Assembly: GCA_002269645.1 (NCBI GenBank)
Contig: NIVC01000063.1
Location: 62,001 to 126,000 of the forward strand
Direction: 5' to 3'
Source: Macrostomum lignano
Lineage: Eukaryota
DNA: 64,000 nt
The stretch's first letter is position 1. Every line of letters begins with the position of its first letter. Below, piece after piece: positions 53,001-64,000 of the stretch. The position numbers were made by a program, and so were the translations under genes. Below the pieces are notes generated by a model. That model was not told the DNA's origin, made no database searches, and saw nothing but the letters and a program-made list of their open reading frames with translations.

Positions 53001-56000
53001 ATCTATTACTAAAGTAGCTAATATTACCACAATAGCTATTATTGGAATGGCTATTACTAAAACAAAATGGACTAGACCTATTAATTTATAGTAGAAAAGG
53101 CTTAGTTGGAATTTTTTAAATAAACTAAGCCTATCATAGGTTATCCAACTAATATTTTGGTCCATATCTATAATACAGATATGATGATTTTTGAAAAAAA
53201 AACAATATAGTTCTATTTTTAATTAACAAACATACATGCCTAACACTCATCTGTCTTGTCCAAACTAGACAGGTGAAATGGCTGCTGGCCAAGGTAAGTC
53301 ACAAAATCAAAAACACAAAAATTTGAAGAAAGGAGAGGAAGAGAAAAGGAAAAGAAAGGAAGGAAAAGAGAGTGAGGATTGAGGAGAAAGAAGAGAGAGA
53401 AAGAGAAAAAGAAGAAAAAAGAAAAAAGCAAGAAAAGTCATATACAAAATGAAAATTAAGTCACAATTGGGGCGAACTAAATTGCAATTAAGAGGAACTG
53501 AGTTGCAAATCTGGACAAAACTAAGTTGCACCAGACAGGTGAAATTGGTATTGGACCAAGACCACCACATACCAAGACTGCTATACTTGGGGGATCTAGT
53601 AGAGAAATTTGGCTTCATGTTTTATTAGATAGTGCTAGAATTAAAAGGAGACAAATAGATAGGAAAGCCAATAAGACAAGGCTACAAGAAAGAAACTTAT
53701 TAAAGGAATTGCAATGCTAGAAAATTGGTAATTCTATCTTAATACTATACCAAAAGCCAATAATAGCTGTGGCAGTCTTAGTATGTGGCAGTTTTAGTCA
53801 TAGGCCTATGCCATAAAATTGTAAGGTTGGGCATGTATGTTAACAAAGAAAATTTACTAGAAACTTTTGCTTAATATAACTTTGTATTGATTTAATAGTG
53901 CAATTTATTTTTAATTAGTTTCTATTTGGTTTAATGATAAATAAGTAAGTCTATTACATCTGTCCTATTATATTACCTAGGCCTAGGCTTAATAGAGGTT
54001 AGACAATATCTCATAGGCCTATATTTATAAGATTTTTTAGTCTTAAGATCTATACTTTTAAAATAATAGAGATTCAATTAATATTCAAGTTAAGTTTAAT
54101 TGGGATCTAGCCATTTAATAAGCCTTCTTACATTATTCTATCTTATTTAGCTTAGTAGGCCCTACTAATAATAGATATTATTATTTATTTATTAAATATA
54201 CATAATGATAATAGGCCTAATAGAGGAAAAAACAATTAATACATAATATTAAGCTTGTTAGTAACTTGACATATATCAAATATAAATAATATGATGAAAT
54301 AATATTAATATTAATATCATCTCATCATAGTCAACATTAGTCACATCACATAGTCCTAGATTTTGAGATCTCAAAACCAAGATCAAGATTGAGAAAAGTG
54401 CCAAGATCTTGTCTTAACAATTGAGATCAAGATTGAGATCTGGTTTAACCCCTACTGACTAGTCTGGGTTTACCCACCAGATTGATAGTCAGACTGTGCT
54501 AGAGACAAATCTTTCAAGCCATACCATTCTGCGCCCATTTTAATTAGATTTCTAAGAAAATAAGTAAAATTTTAAAATGTGCAACAGTAAAAGATCGCTA
54601 TTTTTGTTACTACTACTACTGGGCCTACTCATCTCAAGCTTAACTCAAATAAGTAATATGCTAGACTCGTTAGGACTCTACGACTACATGGTACAATTTT
54701 AAGCCACGTCTTATTGGGTCAGCCCCCCTAGCCACATCTAAAAAAGATAGGCCTAAGCAGACAAATTTTCAAAACACGACTCTATTGAAGGCGGATATTG
54801 AAGATTTTCTATAAGAAACAACTTTGCTGCATCTAGTCGTAGTTACAGAAGCGATCAAAATCCATCTAAAATGTAATCTAGACTCTAGACTAAATTCAAG
54901 ATCTAAACAAGACGAAAAGTACAAAATCAAGTCCTAGACTAGGTCAAGGTGTCAAACAGACAAAACTAACTTCACATGACAGTGTTGAATATAGACCTAC
55001 TGGTACTTTTTTGTGCCTCGCTTTTGTCAATAGGTGATATCTACTTTTAGCTGAGGTAGGTGTAAGATGATATACCAAAACTAATTAATATAATTTCATA
55101 ACTAATACACGTTTTAAAATTATGCTGAAATACTTTTGTTCAAATAAAAGCATGAATGCTGGGTAAAACAAAGTAGAAACTTTTCTTTAAAGGTAATTTG
55201 TGATGCATATTGTTTTTTGTTTTGTTTCTTTTTTTAAAACATTAATTATTAAAGCAGTTGCATTTTATTAAAAACGAAAAAATAAACATTTTCACATTTG
55301 TATTAGCGTCATGGAACTTTTAATCGTTTAAAATCAAGGCACTTTTACGATTTTATCGAAAATCAATTCTTAATCTTAGCTTAGCTAATTACTATCTGAC
55401 TAAATTACAAGGAAAAAACCTACATATTTTTAAAAAAATTCTTGTATGGTTAATTCTATATGTCTGTTTAAAAGCTTATTTCATTTACATGCACCACAGT
55501 AGCTAGTGACTAGTGTTGTCAGTTGTCTACAACATAAACGACTACCCGTCCCTGGGCTGTTGCTGCTGTATGGTGTTCTGTACCCAGAATGGTTTTATAA
55601 AAAAACCACTTGACACAGCTTCAATGTGTTTTACTTGCTCGTAACTAGACCTAATTTGATATGATAGGCCTGTAGGCTAGGCTATGAGTATGTATGTCAT
55701 CAATTAATATAACTTTAAACTTTTTAATCATTTATTAGGTGCACTTTGTATTTATTATACAATTTAGTCTAAGTATGGTTTTATGTTATGTTTTTTAATT
55801 AATAATTAGTATATTACTTTTTTATTCATATTATAAGCTATAATTATCTTATAATTTAATACTTATACTTATAGACCTATTTGTATTAATTTAATTTTTA
55901 AAATGACTATAGCTAAATAGAGAACAAGAGTGAGAATGCAAGAGCTAATGCTCAAACCAAGGTATAAAAACCCTTAGCAAGTAGAAGAGGAGGGCTATTG

Positions 56001-57280
56001 TAAACAAAAGAATAGAAAGAATATAATGCACATTCCCCACAAATACCATTTATTTACAAAAGTGCAAAAGTATACCCTCTAGTAGAGCCTCGTAGGGTAA
56101 CTAAAGCTTGTTTGCAAATTGGTCATTGGTGCGCCTTAATGCAAACTGAGGCATCTATAGCTTTTTTCTAAGAATAAGAACATTGAAAAATATAATTAAA
56201 AATACCAATTATGTATGCATCTTAGACAAAACTTAAGGTTTAGATTGAAATGAATACAATATATTATTGAATAACTAAAGAGTGATTATAGGAAGTATTT
56301 TACTTTTACTTTATTAAAACAACTTTTTTCCATTTTTCTTTTTCTAGAATATATAAGTAATTTAGTTTAGGGGTTTTTATAATTTAATTTTTTGATTTAG
56401 ATGATAAATCATTAGGGGCAAAAAGACAAAAAGTTTATGTCTATATTTTAGAAAAAAATATCTTAATTGTATTTTTATAGGTCTTTAATTATAGGTTTTC
56501 TAGAAAGAAAAAGCTAACCCCTTCTTTTTTCTTTATAATTAAAAATAAAATTATTTTTAAAGTATATAGTATAATATATCAAAGAAATTATCTAATCAGT
56601 TTATTGATACAAAAACAAAGCAATAATTTAATAAAGATTAAAGAAGAAGATTGAAGGTTCAATTCCCAATTCTATTAGAACAATTTATGTCCTTGAGCAA
56701 GACATTTCACAATAATTTACTCTACATTGCTTTAGTTCACCTAACTATAAAATGGGTAACAATATTAGCTAGGATAATTGAGGATATATGGGCACCCTAT
56801 AGTCCCTAGACTAAACAGCCATATGCAGCCTTCCTATGCACTACTCAATAACTGTAGCTAAACTATTAATTGCATATCTGGCCTAATTACATATCCACTT
56901 GTAAAAGCAGAGTTGATTAAGCACAAGCATAGCTTATTGTAAATCTTAAATAATAATCAATAAGGATTAATTTAATAGCAAGAAATCATCTATGCATGAT
57001 TGAACTTGATGCTTCCTTTTTTCTTATCTACTACATGCTTGTTTCATATGCTAAGAATAAAATGCTTAATAAGTCTATCTGAACTGCCAGCCATAGGCCA
57101 TGCACATGTCAAGTAATTGAAGAAATTATTATTATATATGAATTTTCAAGCAAGCCACCTCACCTTGCTGTATTGGCCCAATTTGCAGAAATACTGTGCT
57201 TAAATCTTGAACGTGGAACTTGTAGTGTGAGAAACCTGTCACCTGCACACTTGGCCCCCCCCATACTCACCCTCCCTTAC
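50100..57280. other. AT/TpA-rich, CpG-depleted intergenic domain of decayed repeats (C>T/G>A hypermutated)
   Basis: Near absence of CpG over kilobases (except ~54500-55400), abundant TAG/CTA/TAGGCCTA, and the directional SINE comparison described in the findings. Confidence 0.7.
56650..56890 (+). mobile_element. Decayed copy B of the CORE-type SINE
   Basis: B-box remnant GGTTCAATTCCC; CTTGAGCAAGACA...CTATAAAATGGG aligns to copy A over ~150 nt. Confidence 0.85.
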
Positions 57281-57333
57281 TGGCATTATCGAATCTCTTT
57301 AAATCGGCGCCCACTCTGCTAAAACCAGCTGCA

Positions 57334-58801
57334 ATGGCTGACGAGGCCGGGCCAAGCGAGAAGGCCAAGTTTACTAAAGACACCGAGGAAGTGGACATCG
57401 ATCCAATTAGCGGAAAACGTCGAGTAGAAGGCGGCGGTGGCCGTCAAGGACGCCGACTGACACTATTCGATCGTTCCTCTGGTTCGGTTTTGAATCCCTG
57501 CTTTGCATCGAGCGTGCTGGAGGCTCACTATCAGAGAATCAGCTACCAGCAGTCGGTGGGCAGGCTGAGATGTGCCTGCGCCTACCTGGCCCTGTGCTCT
57601 CTGGTCTGGCTTATCTATTTTGCTATTCGCCAAACTCCAATGTGGTGGGGTTTGGTGCTAACTGAGGTCGCTACTATTCTCGTCTTTGTCCTACTACTTG
57701 GAGCTACTTACGTTCGAGCGCTATTTCCGCGATTTTCTCTTGTATTGTCGCTGATTGCCGTGGTGGTTAAAGGCGGCCTACTACTGGCCAATATGGCCGC
57801 TTTGAAAGGCGATGAGGACTATGGATATTTGCCGATTTTCGATTTTGCCGGAGTTTTACAGGTGAGGCTGGACATAGACTTACAGTCTATGACAGACGAT
57901 TGCAATCTCCATTCATTATTACCGTGAAGACGAGGAATGCCCTTGAAAACAAATAGATGTCTATTTAGAATGACCTTGAAAACCATTAGGCTTCCATTTA
58001 GAATGACCTTGAAAACAAATGGGTTTCCGATTTAAATGACCTTGAAAACAATTAGATTTCCATTTAGAAGGACCTTGAAAACCATTAGGCTTCCGTTTAG
58101 AATGACCTTGAAAACAAATGGGCTTCCGTTTAGAATGACCTTGAAAACAAATGGGCTTCCATTTAGAATGACCTTGAACACAAATGGATTTTTAATTTAA
58201 AATGACCTTTAAATCACATTTTCCATTTAAATGCCCTTAAAAACAAATATATGTCTATTTAGGATGACCTTGAAAACCATTAGGCTTCCATTTAGAATGA
58301 CCTTGAAAAATAAAACAAATGGGTTTCCGATTTAAATGACCTTGAAAACAATTAGCTTTCCATTTAGAATGACCTCGAAACCATTAGGCTTCCGTTTAGA
58401 ATGACCTTGAACAAAAATGGATTTTTAATTTACAATGACCTTTAAATCACTTAAATGACCTTAAATTTTCCATTTAAATGACCTTGAAAACAAATGGAAT
58501 TTTCTCTTGGAATGGCCTTGGAAAGACGAAAAGGATTTCCTCTCGCAAGAGCTATCTATATTCGAAAAAAATTCAACCTTTTAACTTGCGATTTCAACTC
58601 CAACAGGTGGTAATGGTATCGTACACCCTGATACCAATACCCTTGTACCTTTGCCTTCTTTACGGCATACTGCTGAGCGGCTTGTACATACTCTGCCTAG
58701 TGTTCTTCATTGGAGTTGAGACGCCACTGATTCTAACTTCTCACGCTATGATGCTAATTGGAGTGCAAATTGTTGGATTTCAGTTGCACATTATGTCGCA
58801 G
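57334..58801 (+). CDS. ADCY9: Adenylate cyclase type 9-like, first two coding exons (57334-57861, 58607-58801); 3' exons not found in the window
   Basis: LFDRSSGSVLNPCFASSVLEAHY..RLRCACAYL..LVWLIYFA resembles the AC9 N-terminus/TM1. Exon 2 YTLIPIPLYL..GFQLHIMSQ resembles the end of the AC9 M1 region. Phase-0 CAG|GTGAG donors on both exons. Confidence 0.8.
57938..58505. repeat. ~33-bp degenerate minisatellite AATGACCTTGAAAACAAATGGGCTTCCATTTAG
   Basis: In ADCY9 intron 1. Confidence 0.9.
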
Positions 58802-58904
58802 GTGAGTTTTAATTCTGTAAATTTAAACTGACTGATGAGAGTTCTGCGACTGTAGTTTGCATTTACTATGTACTATACAGGGAGGTTGTGTCTAGGGTAA
58901 GTGC

Positions 58905-59232
58905 TACTGTGTCTATAGATATTGAGGGCCAGTGTATTCTATTGATATTGGATGTCAGGCTGTCAGTGTGTCTATAGATATTGAAGGCCAGTGTATCTAT
59001 AGATATTGAAGGCCAGTGTGTCTATATATATTGGAGGCCAGTGTATCTATAGATATTGTAGGCCAGTGTGTCTATAGATATTGAAGGCCAGTGTGTCTAT
59101 ATATATTGTAGGCCAGTGTGTCTATATATATTGAAGGCCAGTGTGTCTATGTATATTGGAGGCCAATGTGTCTATATACGAGTATATTGAGGGTCAGTGT
59201 GTCTATATATATTGGAGGCCAGTGTGTCTATA
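58905..59232. repeat. 25-bp minisatellite CCAGTGTGTCTATAGATATTGAAGG
   Basis: In the ADCY9 intron after exon 2. Confidence 0.9.
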
Positions 59233-59919
59233 TAGAAGTCCTTTTGCTCACAATATAAGTTTTTCTGCGTGTGGGAGTTTTTATTTGAAGAAGATAGTTG
59301 CTTTTTCCACTTTATATTGTTTAATTAACATTATAGAATTCATTATTGAGTTTATTTCATCATCATTGATTTCTACTTAACTAAGTGTTGATGCCAATCC
59401 TGTTATCCAGATTGCATTGTACCCTGATAAATTAATAATAAGAGCTGAGGTCACTAGTTGTGTATACAAGAATATACATATTGTACAGAGAGCATCGCAC
59501 AAACTGAATAATGCATAGTTAATCATCTGTGTACTCACAGACAGTGTGTGGACTTGGGCTTGCAAGCTTATAAGTATAGACAATTGTGTGTTGGGGACAC
59601 GGTCAGCAGATCTGCCTTTCAATCTGCCTTTCTGTCTAAAAAGAGAGAAATTCTGTCTTTTCTGTCTGTCTCTCTTAGTCCTTGACTCGTGTTGTCCTTC
59701 AGCTGGGCCACGCTTGATTCCTGTATGAAATCTATTAATTACTTCACCCAACGTTTGGCTTGGGCACGAGTCGATTTTAAGGACACAGTAGGAATTGCAC
59801 TAAATAAGTTGCTGATTGAGTGCTAATGTCTTAGGCAGTGGCAGCAATTAATATGTATCGCTTAGTAGCAATGGCAAGAATTGGAGGAGTAAACTACACG
59901 GGTGCGGGGGAGAGGAAGT

Positions 59920-61745
59920 GTTAAGAGGGAGAGGAAGAGGGATGAGAGGGAGAGAAAGAGAGGGATGAGAGGGAGAGGAAGAGAGGGATGAGAGGAAGAG
60001 GGATGAGAGGGAGAGGAAGAGAGGGATGAGCGGGAGAGGAAGAGAGGGATGAGCGGGAGAGGAAGAGAGGGATGAGCGGGAGAGGAAGAGAGGGATGAGC
60101 GGGAGAGGAAGAGAGGGATGAGCGGGAGAGGAAGAGAGGGATGAGCGGGAGAGGAAGAGAGGGAGAGGAAGAGAGGGATGAGCGGGAGAGGAAGAGAGGG
60201 ATGAGAGGGAGAGGAAGAGAAGGATGAGAGGGAGAGGAAGAGAGGGATGAGCGGGAGAGGAAGAGAGGGATGAGAGGGAGAGGAAGAGAGGGATGAGCGG
60301 GAGAGGAAGAGAGGGATGAGCGGGAGAGGAAGAGAGGGATGAGCGGGAGAGGAAGAGAAGGATGAGCGGGAGAGGAAGAGAGGGAGAGGAAGAGAGGGAT
60401 GAGCGGAGAGGAAGAGAGGGATGAGCGGGAGAGGAAGAGAGGGATGAGCGGGAGAGGAAGAGAGGGATGAGCGGGAGAGGAAGAGAGGGATGAGCGGGAG
60501 AGGAAGAGAGGGAGAGGAAGAGAGGGATGAGAGGGAGAGGAAGAGAGGGATGAGCGGGAGAGGAAGAGAGGGAGAGGAAGAGAGGGATGAGAGGGAGAGG
60601 AAGAGAGGGATGAGAGGGAGAGGAAGAGAGGGATGAGAGGGAGAGGAAGAGAAGGATGAGAGGGAGAGGAAGAGAGGGATGAGCGGGAGAGGAAGAGAGG
60701 GATGAGCGGGAGAGGAAGAGAGGGATGAGCGGGAGAGGAAGAGAGGGATGAGCGGGAGAGGAAGAGAAGGATGAGCGGGAGAGGAAGAGAGGGAGAGGAA
60801 GAGAGGGATGAGCGGGAGAGGAAGAGAGGGATGAGCGGGAGAGGAAGAGAGGGATGAGCGGGAGAGGAAGAGAGGGATGAGCGGGAGAGGAAGAGAGGGA
60901 TGAGCGGGAGAGGAAGAGAGGGAGAGGAAGAGAGGGATGAGAGGGAGAGGAAGAGAGGGATGAGCGGGAGAGGAAGAGAGGGAGAGGAAGAGAGGGATGA
61001 GAGGGAGAGGAAGAGAGGGATGAGAGGGAGAGGAAGAGAGGGATGAGCGGGAGAGGAAGAGAGGGATGAGCGGGAGAGGAAGAGAGGGATGAGAGGGAGA
61101 GGAAGAGAAGGATGAGAGGGAGAGGAAGAGAGGGATGAGCGGGAGAGGAAGAGAGGGATGAGAGGGAGAGGAAGAGAGGGAGAGGAAGAGAGGGATGAGA
61201 GGGAGAGGAAGAGAGGGAGAGGAAGAGAAGGATGAGAGGGAGAGGAAGAGAGGGATGAGCGGGAGAGGAAGAGAGGGATGAGCGGGAGAGGAAGAGAGGG
61301 ATGAGCGGGAGAGGAAGAGAGGGATGAGCGGGAGAGGAAGAGAGGGATGAGCGGGAGAGGAAGAGAGGGATGAGCGGGAGAGGAAGAGAGGGATGAGCGG
61401 GAGAGGAAGAGAGGGATGAGCGGGAGAGGAAGAGAGGGATGAGAGGGAGAGGAAGAGAGGGATGAGAGGGAGAGGAAGAGAGGGATGAGAGGGAGAGGAA
61501 GAGAGGGATGAGCGGGAGAGGAAGAGAGGGATGAGAGGGAGAGGAAGAGAGGGATGAGAGGGAGAGGAAGAGAGGGATGAGAGGGAGAGGAAGAGAGGGA
61601 TGAGAGGGAGAGAAAGAGAGGGATGAGAGGGAGAGGAAGAGAGGGATGAGAGGGAGAGGAAGAGAGGGATGAGTGGGAGAGGAAGAGAGGGATGAGCGGG
61701 AGAGGAAGAGAGGGATGAGAAGGAGAGGAAGAGAGGGAGAGGAAG
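59920..61745. repeat. 23-bp polypurine satellite GGGAGAGGAAGAGAGGGATGAG(C/A)
   Basis: About 1.8 kb, directly visible. Confidence 0.97.
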
Positions 61746-62374
61746 ATAGAGAGAGGGGGGGGGTGAGTAAGGAAAAGGTGAGGAGTAGGGAGAAAAAATA
61801 TGTGAGTCTTAATTTTTAGCTAACCGTTACCAAGATTTTAATAGTTGCATCACAGTTTATAATTATTTAATTAAAATAGAAATCCTCTAAGCATGTGTTG
61901 CAATATTAGCCTGCAGCATCTGTGCCTATATTTATAAACCTCTCGCGCACCCCAGAGAGCGTGAAAAATGCTATACTGCTAAGCTAGTACAAAGTCTGCC
62001 AGATTAATATTAGCCTTCAGGCAGAACCTGCGGAGACTGAATATATTGGTCCTGGCATTCGCTCCCTACCAACTTTCTCTCTCAGTAGTTCGGCTTTCTG
62101 CCTTCCCGGGGCGAAATCGGATTTTCCAACCGTGCACTTTTGGTGCTCCTCTAGGGAGGACCCCTGAGGGCTGAAAGAATTTACGACCAACCAGCCGTAT
62201 TTTCGCTCCTTGTTCCGCTACTCTCCCCTCCCATTCATTCTTTGTCACGTTTCAAGGACTTTTAAAAAAACGGAATCTGGAATGGAAGGCGCAAATATTT
62301 ATTTGTTTGTGTTTCTTAAACTTTATTAAGTCAAAAGTCAAAGTTTATTCGGCTTAAACTTTGACGGTTTGAAT

Positions 62375-63525
62375 TTTCGAGCTTGTGAGGATTCGAGGTT
62401 GTAGAGCTTCGAGCTTGGGAAGATTCGAGCTTGTGGAGTTTCGAGCTTTTGAAATTTTGAGCTTGTAGAGCTTCGAGTTTGTAATGATTCGAGTTTGTGA
62501 AGATTCGAACTTGTGGAGCTTCGAGTTTGTGGAGCTTCAAGCTTGGGAAGATTCGAACTTGTGGAGCTTCAAGCTTGTGAAGATTCGAGCTTGTGAAGCT
62601 TCAAGCTTGTGAAGATTCGAGCTTGTGAAGCTTCAAGCTTGTGAAGATTCGAGCTTGTGGAGCTTCAAGCTTGTGAAGATTCGAGCTTGTGGAGCTTCAA
62701 GCTTGTGAAGATTCGAGCTTGTGGAGCTTCAAGCTTGGGAAGATTCGAGCTTGTGGAGCTTCAAGCTTGTGAAGATTCGAGCTTGTGGAGCTTCAAGCTT
62801 GGGAAGATTCGAGCTTGTGGAGCTTCAAGCTTGTGAAGATTCGAGTTTGTGAAGCTTCAAGCTTGTGAAGATTCGAGCTTGTGAAGCTTCAAGCTTGTGA
62901 AGATTCGAGTTTGTGAAGCTTCAAGCTTGTGAAGATTCGAGCTTGTGAAGCTTCAAGCTTGTGAAGATTCGAGCTTGTGGAGCTTCAAGCTTGGGAAGAT
63001 TCGAGTTTGTGAAGATTGGAGCTTGTGAAGATTCGAGTTTGTGAAGATTCGAGCTTGTGAAGATTGGAGCTTGTGAAGATTCGAGTTTGTGAAGATTCAA
63101 GCTTGTGAAGATTCGAGCTTTTGAAGATTCGAGTTTGTGAAGATTCGAGCTTGTGAAGATTCGAGCTTGTGAAGATTCGAGCTTGTGAAGATTCGAGTTT
63201 GTGAAGATTCAAGCTTGTGAAGATTCGAGTTTGTGAAGATTCGAGCTTTTGAAGATTCGAGTTTGTGAAGATTGGAGCTCGTGAAGATTCGAGCTTGTGA
63301 AGATTCGAGTTTGTGAAGATTCGAGCTTGTGAAGATTCGAGCTTGTGAAGATTCGAGTTTGTGAAGATTCAAGCTTGTGAAGATTCGAGTTTGTGAAGAT
63401 TCGAGCTTTTGAAGATTCGAGTTTGTGAAGATTGGAGCTTGTGAAGATTCGAGCTTGTGAAGATTCGAGTTTGTGAAGATTCGAGCTTGTGAAGATTCGA
63501 GTTTGTGAAGATTCAAGCTTGTGAA
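62375..63525. repeat. 16-bp minisatellite GAAGATTCGAGCTTGT with a 32-bp dimeric form in its 5' half
   Basis: Directly visible. Confidence 0.95.
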
Positions 63526-64000
63526 AGTGACTCGACTGACTCTGTGCTTTCTGGTTTCCAATATTTCAGTCCTATCGATAAACTTATAGTCAGTTAATAA
63601 TTTACAAAAAGAATTTGAAAATGTGCCACAGCGATTTAGCGGGGTGAAGTCTCCATTTTTTCAGGCTTGGAAAAGATTCTATTGACTAAACCTAATCCAG
63701 AAAAATGCCCCAGTTTCTAATCCAGATTTCTATCCAGACAGGCGTCCATGGTCACACACTTCCTGTCCTTGGATGACTGATTCAGTATATTAAGCAAAAC
63801 GCGGGCTCTTAAGTCCGGGAATTTCTTAAGCCTAATTTGCAGCTGCAACTGCCTATATTTTCTTTCTCCAGCTCTTTCTAGTATCGTGTTTCTATGCTTG
63901 AATATGTTTTCTGAGCCAACAGGATTTATAATTTATTTTGTGGAATAAATGATGCTTAAATATGCTAGACTTACAGGCTCCAGAACTGTTTGACTCCTTT

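Noticed and set aside
53526-53870. Protein-like remnant ORF in the AT-rich domain
   Set aside because: No recognisable family; it may be a decayed coding sequence but cannot be supported without a search

Overview
Eukaryotic (invertebrate animal) genomic DNA. GC-rich coding exons, GT-AG introns and very dense intronic mini/microsatellites resemble the flatworm Macrostomum, but the organism is an inference only. Gene models read by hand: (1) mucin-like type I membrane protein, 2 exons, 1018-3247 (-); (2) an 18-exon, 5'-incomplete gene at 9440-38763 (+) encoding a TBC/Rab-GAP-like region followed by C2-like regions, with one frameshift; (3) an intronless C-type lectin/PAN-like gene nested antisense in one of its introns, 27899-28648; (4) a second mucin-like type I membrane protein, 2 exons, 39838-43804 (-); (5) a GATAD2/p66 (NuRD subunit) orthologue, 45910-47687 (-), with a THAP zinc-finger ORF just upstream that can splice in frame to it; (6) the first two coding exons of an ADCY9-like adenylate cyclase from 57334 (+). 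There are two copies of a tRNA-derived CORE-type SINE, a hairpin MITE and about 30 tandem arrays. The most striking signal is a roughly 7-kb TpA-rich, CpG-poor intergenic domain (about 50.1-57.3 kb). Its SINE copy differs from the intact copy almost only by C>T and G>A changes, on both strands and at both CpG and CpA/TpG sites, which is a RIP-like hypermutation signature. Most long ORFs in the supplied track are translations of tandem repeats. No CRISPR, rRNA or true tRNA genes were seen.
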